64,000 nucleotides of DNA from Candidatus Omnitrophota bacterium (lineage in GTDB: Bacteria; Omnitrophota; Gorgyraeia; 2-01-FULL-45-10). Positions 62,621 to 64,000 of this stretch are shown here, in pieces. A program made the position numbers and the translations under genes. The stretch spans positions 437 to 64,436 of the forward strand of contig JAQUSB010000008.1 of NCBI GenBank assembly GCA_028715345.1. Direction: 5' to 3'. Position 1 is the stretch's first letter. Every line of letters begins with the position of its first letter. The notes below the pieces were generated by a model that did no database searches, had not been told where the DNA came from, and was given only the letters and a program-made list of their open reading frames with translations.

Positions 62621-64000
62621 ATGAGCAAATTGAAAGTATTGTTCGCGGCAAGCGAGGCAGTGCCTTTCGCAAAGACGGGAGGGCTCGCCGACGTAGCGGG
62701 CAGCCTGCCGGTCGCGCTGGAAGAGATGGGCGCGGACGCGAGGCTGGTCATGCCCAAATACGGCTGCGTCAAGGCCAAGGGCTCCGAGGCCGTTATCGGT
62801 AAGGATGTGAAGGTCTATTTCATCGAGAACGAGGAATTTTTCGACCGCAAAGAACTTTACGGCGATAAATTCGGCGATTATCACGATAACCTCGACAGGT
62901 TCGCGTTCTTTTGCAGGGAAGCGCTCGAAAGATGCAAGCAGGAAAATTTCCAACCCGACATAATACATTGCAACGATTGGCAGACGGCGCTTATCCCGGT
63001 TTACCTGAACACCCTGTATAAATACGACCCGTTCTTCGCGAACACAAAAGTCCTGTTCACCATACATAATCTTGCTTACCAGGGGCTTTTCAATAAGGAT
63101 GAATTTACCAAGACGGGGCTCGACTGGGTGCTTTTCACCATCGAGTATTTCGAATTTTACGGCAAAGTGAACCTGATGAAAGCCGGGCTTGTCTACGCGG
63201 ACGCGATAAGCACCGTGAGCCCGACCTACGCCAAAGAGATACTCACGAAAGAATTCGGCTGCGGGCTCGAAGGCGTGCTGAAGAACAGGGAGAGCGTGCT
63301 CTCGGGCATATTGAACGGCATAAATTATGATCTGTGGGATCCGGAAACCGACAGGAAGATAACTAAGCATTATTCCGCTCAAACGGCCGACGACAAATAC
63401 GCGAACAAGGAGAAACTGCAGAAAGATATGGGGCTGAAGATCGATCGCGACATACCTATGATAGGCATGATATCGCGCCTGGCCGACCAGAAGGGGCTGG
63501 ACCTCGTGGCAAAGATAATAAACGATCTCCTGAACCTGAAAGTGCAGTTCATCCTCCTCGGCACCGGCGACAACAAATACCACATACTGTTCGAGAAGAT
63601 GGCCAGGATACACGGTAAGAACACCTCGATAAACCTTAAGTTCGACGCGACGCTGGCGCAGAAGATATACGCCGCATCCGACATATTCCTCATACCGTCG
63701 AAATACGAGCCGTGCGGGTTGAGCCAGATGATAAGTTTCCGCTACGGCACGATACCTGTCGTGAGGCAAACGGGCGGGCTTAAAGACAGCGTGCAGGAGT
63801 TCGACCTGAAGACGAGAGAGGGCAATGGTTTTACTTTCTCCGAATACCGGGCCGACCATCTGTTCGCCGCGATAAAACGCGCGCTCTCGCTCTTTAAGAA
63901 TAAGGCGGTAAGGATGGAGCTCGTAAAGAAGATAATGGCGCTTGATTTTTCGTGGGAAGCCTCCGCGAAAGAGTACGCGAAGTTATATGAAAAGATCCTC
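62621..64000 (+). CDS. glgA: Glycogen/starch synthase (3'-partial; no stop within the window)
   Basis: MSKLKVLFAASEAVPFAKTGGLADVAGSLP (KTGGL motif). Frame open to nt 64000, ending ...EYAKLYEKIL, close to the usual C-terminus. Confidence 0.85.
   Translation, partial: MSKLKVLFAASEAVPFAKTGGLADVAGSLPVALEEMGADARLVMPKYGCVKAKGSEAVIGKDVKVYFIENEEFFDRKELYGDKFGDYHDNLDRFAFFCREALERCKQENFQPDIIHCNDWQTALIPVYLNTLYKYDPFFANTKVLFTIHNLAYQGLFNKDEFTKTGLDWVLFTIEYFEFYGKVNLMKAGLVYADAISTVSPTYAKEILTKEFGCGLEGVLKNRESVLSGILNGINYDLWDPETDRKITKHYSAQTADDKYANKEKLQKDMGLKIDRDIPMIGMISRLADQKGLDLVAKIINDLLNLKVQFILLGTGDNKYHILFEKMARIHGKNTSINLKFDATLAQKIYAASDIFLIPSKYEPCGLSQMISFRYGTIPVVRQTGGLKDSVQEFDLKTREGNGFTFSEYRADHLFAAIKRALSLFKNKAVRMELVKKIMALDFSWEASAKEYAKLYEKIL

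Noticed and set aside
1-64000. tRNA, rRNA, tmRNA, RNase P and CRISPR arrays
   Set aside because: No intergenic segment exceeds about 240 bp. None shows tRNA-like T-arm or acceptor signatures, and there are no regularly spaced direct repeats. The repeat pairs found are single pairs rather than arrays.

Overview
This 64-kb window looks like a bacterial chromosomal segment of about 50% GC with no close match I can assert. It is dense with coding sequence and almost completely co-oriented: 62 of 63 called genes lie on the + strand.

Gene content, in order along the window:
- Type IV pilus locus: pilB (5'-partial) and pilC, then four embedded glycolipid-pathway-like genes, two pilin genes, and pilM-N-O-P-Q.
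- Housekeeping block: rng, rplU-rpmA-obg, proB-proA-nadD, a small zinc-ribbon gene, rsfS, argS, a truncated mfd, a ppiC-surA-pdxA-rsmA cluster, gatCAB, ctpA, a YibQ-like deacetylase, tsaD and mgtC.
- Accessory-looking region: a bactofilin-HTH fusion with a membrane-anchored HTH partner, larB plus a LarC-transmembrane-PDZ fusion, and a dedicated type-II FAS/PKS-like lipid cluster (FabZ, a His-less KS-like protein, thioester reductase, FabG, ACP, KAS II, nitroreductase, CrtI-like oxidoreductase).
- Signalling module: sensor kinase, two single-domain receivers, HD-GYP phosphodiesterase.
- Small island: a degraded IS200/RAYT-like transposase relic, short repeats flanking an FkbM methyltransferase, and a B12-radical-SAM gene.
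- Remaining genes: a divergent XRE-cupin regulator and PilZ pair around a perfect palindrome, a secreted hydrolase cluster (BNR, lipase carrying a near-perfect 393-bp internal tandem duplication, Ig-like protein), polA, and glgA (3'-partial).

The most interesting candidate system is the four-gene cassette inserted between pilBC and the pilin genes: UbiA/DPPR-synthase-like prenyl-phosphate transferase, extended-SDR epimerase, GT-C-like TPR membrane protein, PAP2-like phosphatase. This looks like a polyprenyl-phosphate-pentose donor pathway plus transferase placed to glycosylate type IV pilins, analogous to mycobacterial DPA synthesis and the Pseudomonas TfpW pilin arabinosylation system. That is an inference from motifs and gene order only.

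I found no rRNA, tRNA or CRISPR array. All calls rest on reading the six-frame translations and the sequence directly, with no database searches.
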